Shown piece by piece: positions 54,301 to 64,000 of a stretch of DNA of 64,000 bases. The notes under the pieces are model-generated. The model was not told the origin of the DNA. It did no database searches and was given only the letters and a program-made list of their open reading frames with translations. The position numbers and the translations under genes are program-made. Numbering within the stretch: the first letter of the stretch is position 1; every line of letters starts with the position of its first letter. Source of the stretch: Nymphaea colorata (Eukaryota); NCBI RefSeq assembly GCF_008831285.2, contig NC_045138.2, forward strand, positions 22,878,001-22,942,000, read 5' to 3'.

Positions 54301-57300
54301 GTATGTCACACCCTCCAAGCAAATTAATCCAATAAACATATTCATGCGAAAGGATTGAAAACACAGACCTACCTTTGACAGTGCAAGGCCTGTAACATAC
54401 GTTTCCCCGTCAATGGATTTATCAAAATAAATGTCTCTACATCCCCATCTAAGATGAAATCTACAGCAAGAGGATCAGAGATGCACCGTCAGCACATGAG
54501 TACCAGAGAGCAAATGTTAAAGAACGAAAACCACACCTCAAAAGATTCCCTACCTTCCTCCCTTACTAATGATGTACTTCTGTATGGGACCACTCAAGAA
54601 GTTATCAGGAGAACCTTTCAACATACGCAGCAGGGATGCCTCCGTTTTAGTGGCGAAGAAGCCAAAAACAGTGAGCATACAACGGGCACTTATATTATCA
54701 CAATCAATAAATCCAAGGGCATAAGCAACAGGATCCCACATTCTTTGGATACTTAAACGCGTTCCACCTTTGGACAAAAACCACTCGGAGAAGCTAATCT
54801 GAGATTTTACACAAGATCAAAGACTCAATAATATGATAACACTCAAAACAATCAAATACATAAATAGATCAAAGCTGGATGCATGAGAATGACATCATTA
54901 GCCTGCCAGATGTCTAACACATGTCACCAACAGGAGTACCATAAAGGCATAAACTAAACAAAGGTCCAACGTTAAAGAACAATGGAACAGAATTAGATAA
55001 AGCATGCTGAATGGGAAAACTGAAAAGGAAACATAATTTTGTTATGGGTAAAAAGGAAACATAATTTTGTTATGGGTAGTCATTTGAAATTTAGACAATA
55101 TATACATCTGAGATATTTTGTTTTAACCCTAATCTCTATATAAAATGAGATTAGGAGTTTAATGAAATACCAATTATTCTCCCTCTATCTGTCTTCCTCT
55201 CTCTCCCTCTCTTAGTCTCATGTCCCCTCTTTCTTCTTTCTTCTCTCTTCTCTCCCTTTCTCTTCTCTTCTCTTTTCTTCTCTCCTCGTGTCCATCTTCT
55301 GGCTTAATGTAGAGTCATAGACACAACATGGTATCAGAGCAAAGACCATCTCTGGGAGGAGGTAGCGGCAGATCATTGACAGACATTACAGTTGTGTTGT
55401 TTATGTGCACGACAAAACATGGAAGAGGGGTCGCGGTTGCACAATACCACTGAAGGATTGCCAAAGGATAATGAAACTCAATGTTGCAAAGGCGAACACA
55501 CTCAGACTTCGAGTCTCTCTCTGCTCGCAGCAAAGGGAAATTCAGAAGTTTGCACAAGGCAAGAAAAATTGCTCAAAAGACCGATGCCTGGTAAGGGGCT
55601 TGGTGGTAACAATTTATAAACAACGAGTGATGGTACAATAATTCAGTGAATAAATTCGCCTGCAAAAGTAGCACGCACTGAGCGATGCTTTAAAAAAAGA
55701 AAACAATGACAAGATAAGCTTTACAAGATTCGCCAGTACAATGATCAAAAGAAGACAAAGATGACTCATGACTAAGACTTCTGCTTTCGTTGCAATGATC
55801 AGAAGGCGACAGATGACTCATTGGGTTGCTTTTTGGCTCTGAATATATTTGTGTTGGAGTTTTGTCGTTATTCTTCTTTTGTTTCACTGCTTTCCGCCTC
55901 GGATTCCAATATTCGTCGCACAGCAAATTCATGGTGGAGGCAGAAACCTTTAGTCTGGACACGACAGTTCCGACATTTGCGCCTTTCCTTTGTGATTTTT
56001 TCTAGTGTCGTGCAGCTTTCTTCAAACTCCTTTTGGGATATTCTCATATAGGAATTCTTCATCTTGAAAGATTGCGACTTCGGGATAATCAACAAAATTG
56101 ATTCTCTGCATTTTTCGACACAGTGCTTCTTCCCACTTTGGACTTGCAATAAAATTAAAAAATTCTCTAGATACGTTGTTAGCATATAATTGTCTTCTGT
56201 GGAGGATTAGATTTTCCAATACAGTTTTGTCAATGGCCCATAATAAAAGTTCTATTTCGAATGAGGTCCATTTTAGGTTATTGACAATGCAGGTAATTCT
56301 TCCTCCAGCTGTGTAGTAAAAATCTAGATTTGGATAGTGACCTTCTACAGCGTCTGCAAAGTCTGGAATTCTGGATAAAGTTTTCTAATCTTTTGACAAA
56401 CCTTCCATCTTTGCTCTGGTGTGTCTACTAGCCAGTCTTCTCATTGTCTGCCAGTTGATCTCATCATCTTGCATTCTCAGGTGAGAGCGTCTGGTAACGA
56501 ATGATGTACTCTTTTTACCAGATCAATTGTAAAATCATACTGGGATACAGAAATTGCTACCAAGCAAATCTTTGTAATTTTGGACTGCTGGTAATTTTTC
56601 TCTTGAATAGTACGGACAGGTTGTGAAGTCGTTCTGAGTATGAATTTTTCGCCAATCAAGTAAGGGTGAAATTTTTCCAACCCTCTGATCGCTGCAAGGA
56701 TTTCTTTTTCTGCATGCCAATAATTGATTTCATTAGTTTTGAATTGCCCGCTAGTATAAAAGCATACCTTTTCTTGGTTGCCATCTTTCTTTAGCAGAAC
56801 TGCTGCCCATGTGTCACTTGATGCATCTGTGGATAGGACATAGAGCCCGACAAAGGCAGGTTCTAGCTCTGGCAGTCTTCCCTTAATGAGATTACTGCTT
56901 TTGTAGCCGCTTTAGTCCATTCATATGACTCATGATGCATGACCTTGCGGATTGCCTGTGTTTTCTGTGATAGATTTTGAATATAGTTTCCGACATAATT
57001 GAGGCATCCAAGGAACCTTTCGCACTGTAGCTTGTCTTCGAGCTGATTTGGAAATTGCTCGATTTTCTTCAGCACATGATCTTGCATGGTTATTTTTCCT
57101 TCTTTGAGCTTGATGTCGAGAAATTCAATTTCTCGTTTGGCCAGTTGAAATTTTTCTTCTGTTTTGGACAGCCCTATGTCATGCTATCGCATATTTCTGC
57201 GAAAATTGTGAGATGCTGCAAATGTTCATCTACAGTTTCTAAGACTATCAAAAAATCATCAATATAATTAATGATAAAATCATAACCCTTGAAAATTTCA

Positions 57301-60300
57301 TCCATTCGTCGTTGGAACTGTGATGGTGCATTTTTTCTCTCCAAATGGCATAACCAGCCATTCGTACAAGCCAATAGGAGTGTAGAAAGTCGTTTTGTGT
57401 GTCTTCTTCGGCAATCTTAATCTGATGATAATTAGACTTGCAATCAAATTTAGAGAAAATCTTGCCTTGAGCCGCCCTTTGTATCAAGACTTCTTTGTTC
57501 GGTAACGGCCATTTTATATCTACAGTCACGCTGTTCAGAGGAATGTAATTAATTACCATTCTCGCTTTTCTTCTTTTGATTTCAGCATGATTTCTAACTA
57601 TGACGCTTGCGCTTGCATAGTGTGATTCGATTTTTGAATCAAACCTTTTTCTTCCAATTCATGTATTTGAGATATAATCTCTTTTTTGTCTAGTTCAGAA
57701 CCCACAATAGGTCTGCTTTGTACAGGAATGTTGTGCATAGTTGGTATATGTGCTGTAGGGGAGTCCTTGTTCCAAAACTGTAACGGATGTTCAACACAAC
57801 AGGACTTTAATCGTTTTACCACCCGTGTGAATTCAGGCAAGCAAACTATTTTTTGTCCTCGTAAAAGATTTATGGCCTTAATGGCCTTGATCCTTTCGAC
57901 TTTTTCTTCAAATTCAAGCTCATGTTTCATGATTTGAAGTAAAGTCATGTTTTTGTTTCTGTCCTCTTTGTTTCTTTTTTTGTTTTGCATTCTTTTGAAA
58001 GAGGCAGACAACCTTGAAACAACTTGTTGTTCATTTCCTAATCTGAACACAATACAGTCCCTGCATATGGTATAGGGGCCTATTTCATCCAATGTTACAG
58101 ACCCTAATCCGATGTCATGTCCGGCATCATCTATCTGTACAAAATTTGCACTGATCGTTTTTTTCTCCTATTTTAACCGGGACATTTAAGGCAAAATTAT
58201 GAAGTCTTCTTTCTCCGTTCATTGTTTCGACTCTGGTTCCTTCGGGATAATATAGCCAGTCGCTAATTATCACCTTTTTGCAAAAATTCATATTTGCACC
58301 AGTGTCGATGAAGGCTTGTCCTTTTTTCCATTTTCCTTTTTTATCTGCAGCTATTTGAACTAGGATAATTACAGAAAGATCAAATAAGGACATCTTTTTG
58401 ATCTATTTGATCTCAGAAGTTTTGAAGCTACTTTTTGGTGTAAAATTCCAGAAATTGATAGGAGTTGTACCTTTTTCCTGTATTGCGTTTGCAACCTTTT
58501 CTGAGACCGCTCATTTCTCTTGTTGTTTTGGGGCTATTGGGACTTCATCTTTTGAGTATACTCTATTATTTTCTGAACCTGATTCTTCTGAAGTTGAGTC
58601 GTCTGAGTGAGTGTTCTTTTCACTGTTGTTACTATGAATAATCTCATAGGGACTGGTTGATGCAAAATTGTTGCAAAATTCACTTTTGCATTCTAACTCG
58701 TCAGATTCTGATTCAGATTCTGTTGAGATCATGACTTCTTTTCCTTTTTTTGCTACCATGCAAATGTGTCCTGCTGCTTCTGACGATGATTCTGTAAGGA
58801 TGCTCATTGTTTCATCATCTTCTTCTCCACTTTCTAGATAGAACACTTTTTTATTTTTGAGGCATTCTTCAAATTCTGCCTCATTTTCTATCAGATCCCA
58901 GTCTTTTTCGATTTCTGGGACATCAAACATCATCTTGATTTGTCGAGGAGCTCTGTTTGGGCATTTATTTGCATAATGCCCCTACCTTCGGCAGGCGAAA
59001 CACCTTTCGTCCTTTTTTTTGTCACTATTCCTCCTTCTCTGAAAGAATTTGTATGGCTTGAACGGCCTCCTCGTTTTAGTTCGTCTGAACCTTGGTTTGA
59101 ATCTTTTTGGCAGATTATGCTCTTCTGCTCCATCAATCTGACTGCAAATATTTTTTCCAACTTTAGGCAGTTCAGTGTTTGCCTTAAGTCGGTAACAGAG
59201 CTTTTTAATCTATTGTTGGACAATCTGTTGTACATCAACCAGATTCAAACTTTCGACCAGGATATTTTTATGTGATAGTTCGTCTAGCACAATGTTACCA
59301 AGTGATTCTCGTAACGAAGCAAGGAAGGACATACCGATTGTTGAGAGGGCATGTGCGCCTAAGCGGTATGCTTGAATTTGAAGAAGAAGTCGATATGATC
59401 AAGGCTATTAAGGCCATAAATTTTTTACCAGGACAAAGAATAGATTGCTTGCCTGAATTCACACGGGTGGTAGCTTGTTGTGTTGAACATCCGTTACAGT
59501 TTTGGGACAAGGACTCTCCTATAGCACATATACCAACTATGCACAACATTTCTGTACAAAGCAGACCTATTGTAGGTTCTGAACTAGACAGAAAAAAGAT
59601 TATATCTCAAATACAAGAATTTGAAGAAAAAGGCTTGTTTCGAAAATCCGAATCACACTATGCAAGCGCAAGCTTCATAGTTAGAAATCATGCTGAAATC
59701 AAAAGAGGAAAAGCGACAATGGTAATTAATTACATTCCTCTGAACAGCGTGACTGTAGATATAAAATGGCCTTTACCGAACAAAGAAGTCTTGATACAGA
59801 GGGCGGCTCAAGGCAAGATTTTCCCTAAATTTGATTGCAAGTCTGGTTATCACCAGATTAAGATTGCGGAAGAAGACATACACAAAATGGCTTTCTACAC
59901 TCTTATTAGCTTGTACGAATGGCTGGTTATGCCACTTGGACTAAAAAATGCACTATCACAGTTCCAACTACGAATGGATGAAATTTTCAAGGGTTATGAT
60001 TTTATCATTAATTATACTGATGATTTTTTGATAGTCTCAGAAACTGTAGATGAACATTTGCAGCACCTCACAATTTTCGCAGAAATATTGATTTTATCAT
60101 TAATTATACTGATGATTTTTTTATAGTCTCAGAAACTGTAGATGAACATTTGCAGCACCTCACAATTTTCGCAGAAATATACGATAAGCATGGCATAGAC
60201 TGTCCAAAACAGAAGAAAAATTTCAACTGGCCAAACGAAAAATTGAGTTTTTCGGCATCAAGCTCAAAGAAGAAAAAATAACCATGCAAGATCATGTACT

Positions 60301-62143
60301 GAAGAAAATCGAGCAATTTCCAAATCAGCTCGAAGACAAGCTACAGTGCCAAAGGTTCCTTGGATGCCTCAATTATGTCAGAAACTATAGTCAAAATCTA
60401 TCACAGAAAACACAGGCAACTAGCAAGGTCATGCATCATGAGCCATATGAATGGACTAAAGCGGCTAACAGAAGCAGTAATCTCATTAAAGGAAGACTGC
60501 CAGAACTGGAACCTGCCTTTGTCGGGCCCTATGTCCTATCCACAGATGCATCAAGTGACATATGGGCAGTCGTTCTGCTAAAGAAAGATAGCAACCAAGA
60601 AAATGTATGCTTTTATACTAGCGGGCAATTCAAAACTAATGAAATCAATTATTGGCCTGCAGAAAAAGAAATCCTTGCAGTGATCACAGGGTTAGAAAAT
60701 TTTCACCCTTACTTGATTGATGAAAAATTCATACTCAGAACAGATTCACAAAACTTGTCTGTACTACTCAAGAGAAAAATTACCAGCAGTCTGAGAAAAA
60801 TTACCAGCAGTCCAAAATTACAAAGATTTGCCTGGTGGCAATTTCTGCTATCCCAGTATGATTTCACAATTGATCTGGTAAAAGGGATACATTATTCGTT
60901 ACCAAACGCTCTCACCCGAGAATGCAAGATGATGAGATCAACTGGCAGGCAATGGGAAGACTGACTAGTAGACACACCGAAGCAAAGATGGAAGGTTTGT
61001 CAAAAGATTAGAAAACTTTATCCAGAATTTGCAGACGCTGCAGAAGGTCGCTATCCAAATGTGGATTTTTACTACACAACTGCAGGAAAAATTACCTGCA
61101 TTGTCAATAACCTAAAATGGACCTCATTCGAAACAGAACTTTTATTATGGGCCATTGACAAAGCTATATTGAACAATCTAATCCTCCACAAAAGACAATT
61201 ATATGCTAACAACGTATCTAGAGAATTTTTTAATTTTATTGCAGGTCCAAAATGGGAAGAAGCACTGTGCCGAAAAATACAGAGAATCAATTTTGTTGAT
61301 TATCCAGAAGTCGCAATCTTCCAAGATGAACTCTGGTATAAGAATATCCCAAAAACAAATGAGTTTGAAGAAAGTTGCACGACACTAGAAAAAATCACAA
61401 AGGAAATGCGCAAATGTTAGAACTGTCGTGTCCAGACTAAAGGTTTCTGCCTCCATCATGAATTTGTTGTGCGACGAATATTGGAATCCAAGGCGGAAAG
61501 CAGTGAAACAAAAGAAGAATGACGACAAAACTCTGACACTAATATATTCAGAGCCAAAAAGCAACCCAATGAGTCATCTATCTTCTGATCATTGCACCGA
61601 AAGCAGAAGTCTTAGTCATGAGTCATCTTTGTCTTCTTTTGATCATTGTACTGGCGAATCTTGTAAAGTTTATCTTGTCACTGTTTTCTTTTTTTAAAGC
61701 ATCGTTCAGTGCGTGCTACTTTTGCAGGCGAATTTATTCACTGAATTATTGTACCATCACTCGTTGTGTATAAATTGATACCACCGAGCCCCTTACCAGG
61801 CATCGGTCTTTTGAGCAATTTTTCTTGCCTTGTGTAAACTTCTGAATTTCCCTTTGCTGTGAGCAGAGAGAGACTCGAAGTCTGAGTGTGTTCCCCTTTG
61901 CAACATTGGGTTTCATTATCCTTGGGCAATCCTTCAGTGGTATTGTGCAACCGCGACCCCTCTTCCCTTTATTCAGATCTGACATAGAGGACAAAGATTT
62001 GCTGTCGTCAAATAATCTGGTGGCTGTTTGTTTATGTCAAATTTCAATGATAGTTAATGTGAACATCGCTTCTTGTAAAATTGTCTTCTATTATTATTCT
62101 AGTAAACAAGAACAAGTATTAAAAAGAAAAAACGTATATATAC

Positions 62144-62194
<51 letters not shown>

Positions 62195-63583
62195 TTAAAT
62201 CCAAAAATAACTTAAATTATTCAAAGTAAAAGAGTGCTTGTAACTATAAGTGAACAGGCACATGTACACACATACTTTTATGAAAAATCACAAGCAACAA
62301 GAAAAAATGTGAAGACTAAAAAACTGCAGAAAAACATAAGAAAAGAATTCTGTCTCAAAAGAATAATAAGAACAAGAAAGAAAAAAAGGAACAAAAATTT
62401 AAGTTGACAATGAAAGCCTATGCTATTTATTGCCTAGCAAACCTAGGCATCTAGGTGATATTCTAGGCATTTTCAAATGGCAGGTCACCTAAAATCAGCT
62501 AGCCCAGACAACAGAGATCCAAGGCCAGCCTTTGACAACATGGACTCAAATGAAAACTTTGTGCTTTAACTGTGAGTTGAAAATCAAACTATTGACAGTT
62601 CACGAGATCATCTATAAAGTTACTTTTTCAAAGTCAAAACACTACTTGTTGTCAACCTCTCTAAAAAAAAGTAAGGTTACATGTAGCACAGAGGAAAAGC
62701 TTCATCAGATTATGTGGACGTATATGTATCTTACTTATAGTCATTACATACTTGATATATACATATGTACACATAGCCTCACATTTATCTTGTAATTTTG
62801 AATTTGTTTTTCCTGTTTTACTGTAGTCTTACTGTTCTTTCTTCTGTATTTCTGTACACCCAATTAGTGGCTGAATGTGCGCCATTGCAGCTAGCTCCTC
62901 CTTTCCTCTTGTTATATATATAAGGGTCAAGGACAACCTGTCTCTTGTATTATGGCTTTTGATGCCATTTGTTTGGTGATCAAGTTGATTACTATTCTGA
63001 TTAGGATAATGTGTTCTGGATAGTTAGTCTTCCAGAGTCTTAAGGGTTTCTTCCTCAGGTTCATGTGAACCTATTGTTGTGTTTGATTCCTTGTGAATCT
63101 TGTTGTGTGCCTTCCCATTCTATCTGGCTACATAAATGGCTAGTTTAGCTAGCCAAAAGAAAATAGAAATTCCCACAGTTACTGCTATCTTTTGTAGCAT
63201 AAGAAAAAGAGACTTTTTTGTACTAGATATGCATATCTATTATGCATTTCAGGGATAATAATAAAAATCACATTTTTATTATTTAATTTGTCATTATCTA
63301 TCTTTTATGCTTGCAATTTGTGAGAGGTTAAGTGTGATACTTCACAATCTGAGAGAGGTAAGTCTGTGCTTTGGACCCATCAATTGCCTTTCCAAGGAAT
63401 ACAACTTTGTCTCTTATGAGTCATATCTAAGGCTCTGTAAATGTATCTTAGATTACTCATGCAATGGATTCCACTTACACTATCAAGGCCCCGAATGTCC
63501 TTCATCGCACCTTCAGGATCAATAAGTGCCTTCACGATTGGACTTGTTGCAAGAGCAAATGCATTCCTTGCTTTGTCATATGT
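51312..63583 (-). CDS. ZDS: Zeta-carotene desaturase, 3' part (5' exons lie outside the window); exons 63583-63479, 54798-54554, 54460-54373, 53797-53755, 53662-53506, 53352-53224, 52944-52872, 51987-51823, 51479-51312
   Basis: [71 protein letters not shown]..|FHLRWGCR..|..[13 protein letters not shown]|..[21 protein letters not shown]..|VLTPGDPY|..[44 protein letters not shown]. All junctions are GT-AG and in frame. Confidence 0.97.
55023..55078. repeat. Perfect 28-bp tandem duplication at the left edge of the intronic insertion
   Basis: AAAAGGAAACATAATTTTGTTATGGGTA occurs twice. Confidence 0.95.
55068..55340 (+). mobile_element. Short LTR-like segment (261 bp, TATA box) plus tRNA-Met primer-binding site
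   Basis: TGTTA...CAACA at 55068-55328, CTATATAAA at 55136, a CT-rich leader, then TGGTATCAGAGC at 55329-55340. Could be a copia-type LTR with PBS or a caulimovirid intergenic region. Confidence 0.65.
55421..59369 (-). mobile_element. Endogenous caulimovirid copy 1: capsid C-terminus with Zn knuckle, acidic linker, aspartic protease, RT, RNase H, C-terminal extension (pseudogenised)
   Basis: Minus strand: basic stretch and CFACRR*GHYANKC (59002-58961), AFIDTGA (~58310), [83 protein letters not shown]. No integrase. Several stops and frameshifts. Confidence 0.9.
59370..62134 (+). mobile_element. Endogenous caulimovirid copy 2, inverted: RT, RNase H, C-terminal extension, 3' region (pseudogenised)
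   Basis: ORFs 59272-60126, 60284-60964 and 61061-61420 carry [53 protein letters not shown]. Positions 59370-61966 are the reverse complement of 57919-55421. The viral origin of 61967-62134 is inferred. Confidence 0.9.
59997..60180 (+). repeat. 92-bp tandem duplication of the RT YxDD region
   Basis: TGATTTTATCATTAATTATACTGATGA...GCAGAAATAT at 59997-60088 and 60089-60180. Confidence 0.95.
62135..62193. repeat. Compound (TA)(TG)n(AG)n microsatellite at the right edge of the viral insert
   Basis: Directly visible. Confidence 0.9.
62682..63132 (+). mobile_element. Probable solo LTR (~450 bp) in the ZDS intron
   Basis: Inverted termini TGTAGC...GCTACA and an internal TATATATAAG. Flanks are only approximately duplicated (TACA / TAAA). 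Confidence 0.55.
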
Positions 63584-64000
63584 CTGCCATGAATTAAGAA
63601 AATCACCATTTAAAATTTTTTGGTAACCAAAGGCAAGACATTCTATGCTAATTATGTGTACCAAAGGAAATTGTTCTATGCATTTAAATGCCCAGGTATG
63701 GGAAAGAAGATATGAAAATACAAAAGCCAGTATCGGAAAAATGTCCAGGTAGATAACATTTGTCATGTCATATCACAGCCGCATTAAATGGTCTATGTCA
63801 CAGACACTGCAAGAAGGGGCTTTGAGCCAAATTAGCCATGTTACAGACATGAACATGCGTTGCAGATAGAAAAGAACCAATCACATTTGACTAAAGTCTT
63901 CAAATTTACAAATCTGGCAACCATATTCAGCTACTCCTTTATGTTAGAGTCACACCACCAAATTATATCATAAAACATGAACAGCGTATAACTTTTCAAG

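Larger units (their letters stand above)
55421..61966. repeat. Large inverted repeat: arms 55421-57919 and 59370-61966, spacer 57920-59369
   Basis: Outer ends GGAAGAGGGGTCGCGG / CCGCGACCCCTCTTCC and inner ends AATTCAAGC / GCTTGAATT. The ORF track shows mirror-image ORF pairs. About 96% identity over the outer ~300 bp, counted by eye. Confidence 0.95.

Noticed and set aside
58930..59238. 102-aa ORF as a separate viral gene
   Set aside because: Wrong frame. The capsid and Zn knuckle lie in another frame broken by two TAG stops.
59272..59369. N-terminus of the 284-aa RT ORF as a genuine start
   Set aside because: It is the antisense strand of capsid sequence fused at the inversion junction (59369/59370), and it begins at GTG.
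55068..63132. Viral region as the interior of one intact LTR retrotransposon bounded by 55068-55328 and 62682-63132
   Set aside because: The two LTR-like segments show no visible similarity, there is no integrase, and the RT motifs are caulimovirid.

Overview
Flowering-plant nuclear DNA (AT-rich, GT-AG introns, many transposon remnants); the species cannot be fixed from the window alone. Four protein-coding genes lie on the minus strand: RPL9 (3 exons, 191 aa), a short 89-aa Cys-rich protein with an acidic tail, QCR7 (4 exons, 122 aa, with a 16-kb intron), and the 3' part of zeta-carotene desaturase (ZDS, 9 exons visible). The main finding is in an 8.7-kb ZDS intron. It holds endogenous caulimovirid (pararetrovirus) sequence arranged as a large inverted repeat, with arms at 55421-57919 and 59370-61966 and a 1.45-kb loop encoding capsid, Zn-knuckle and protease. 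The ZDS pre-mRNA would therefore contain a natural ~2.5-kb intronic viral hairpin, a candidate heritable source of antiviral siRNA. The two arms carry different lesions, so an ancestral single polyprotein with a ~200-aa extension after RNase H can be reconstructed. The QCR7 intron holds a young non-autonomous Ty3/gypsy element with 3579-bp LTRs and scrambled gag/protease order. The RPL9 intron holds a degenerate ~290-bp tandem array split by a hAT-like insertion. The first 10 kb is decayed LTR-retrotransposon material. All alignments were made by eye; no database searches were run.
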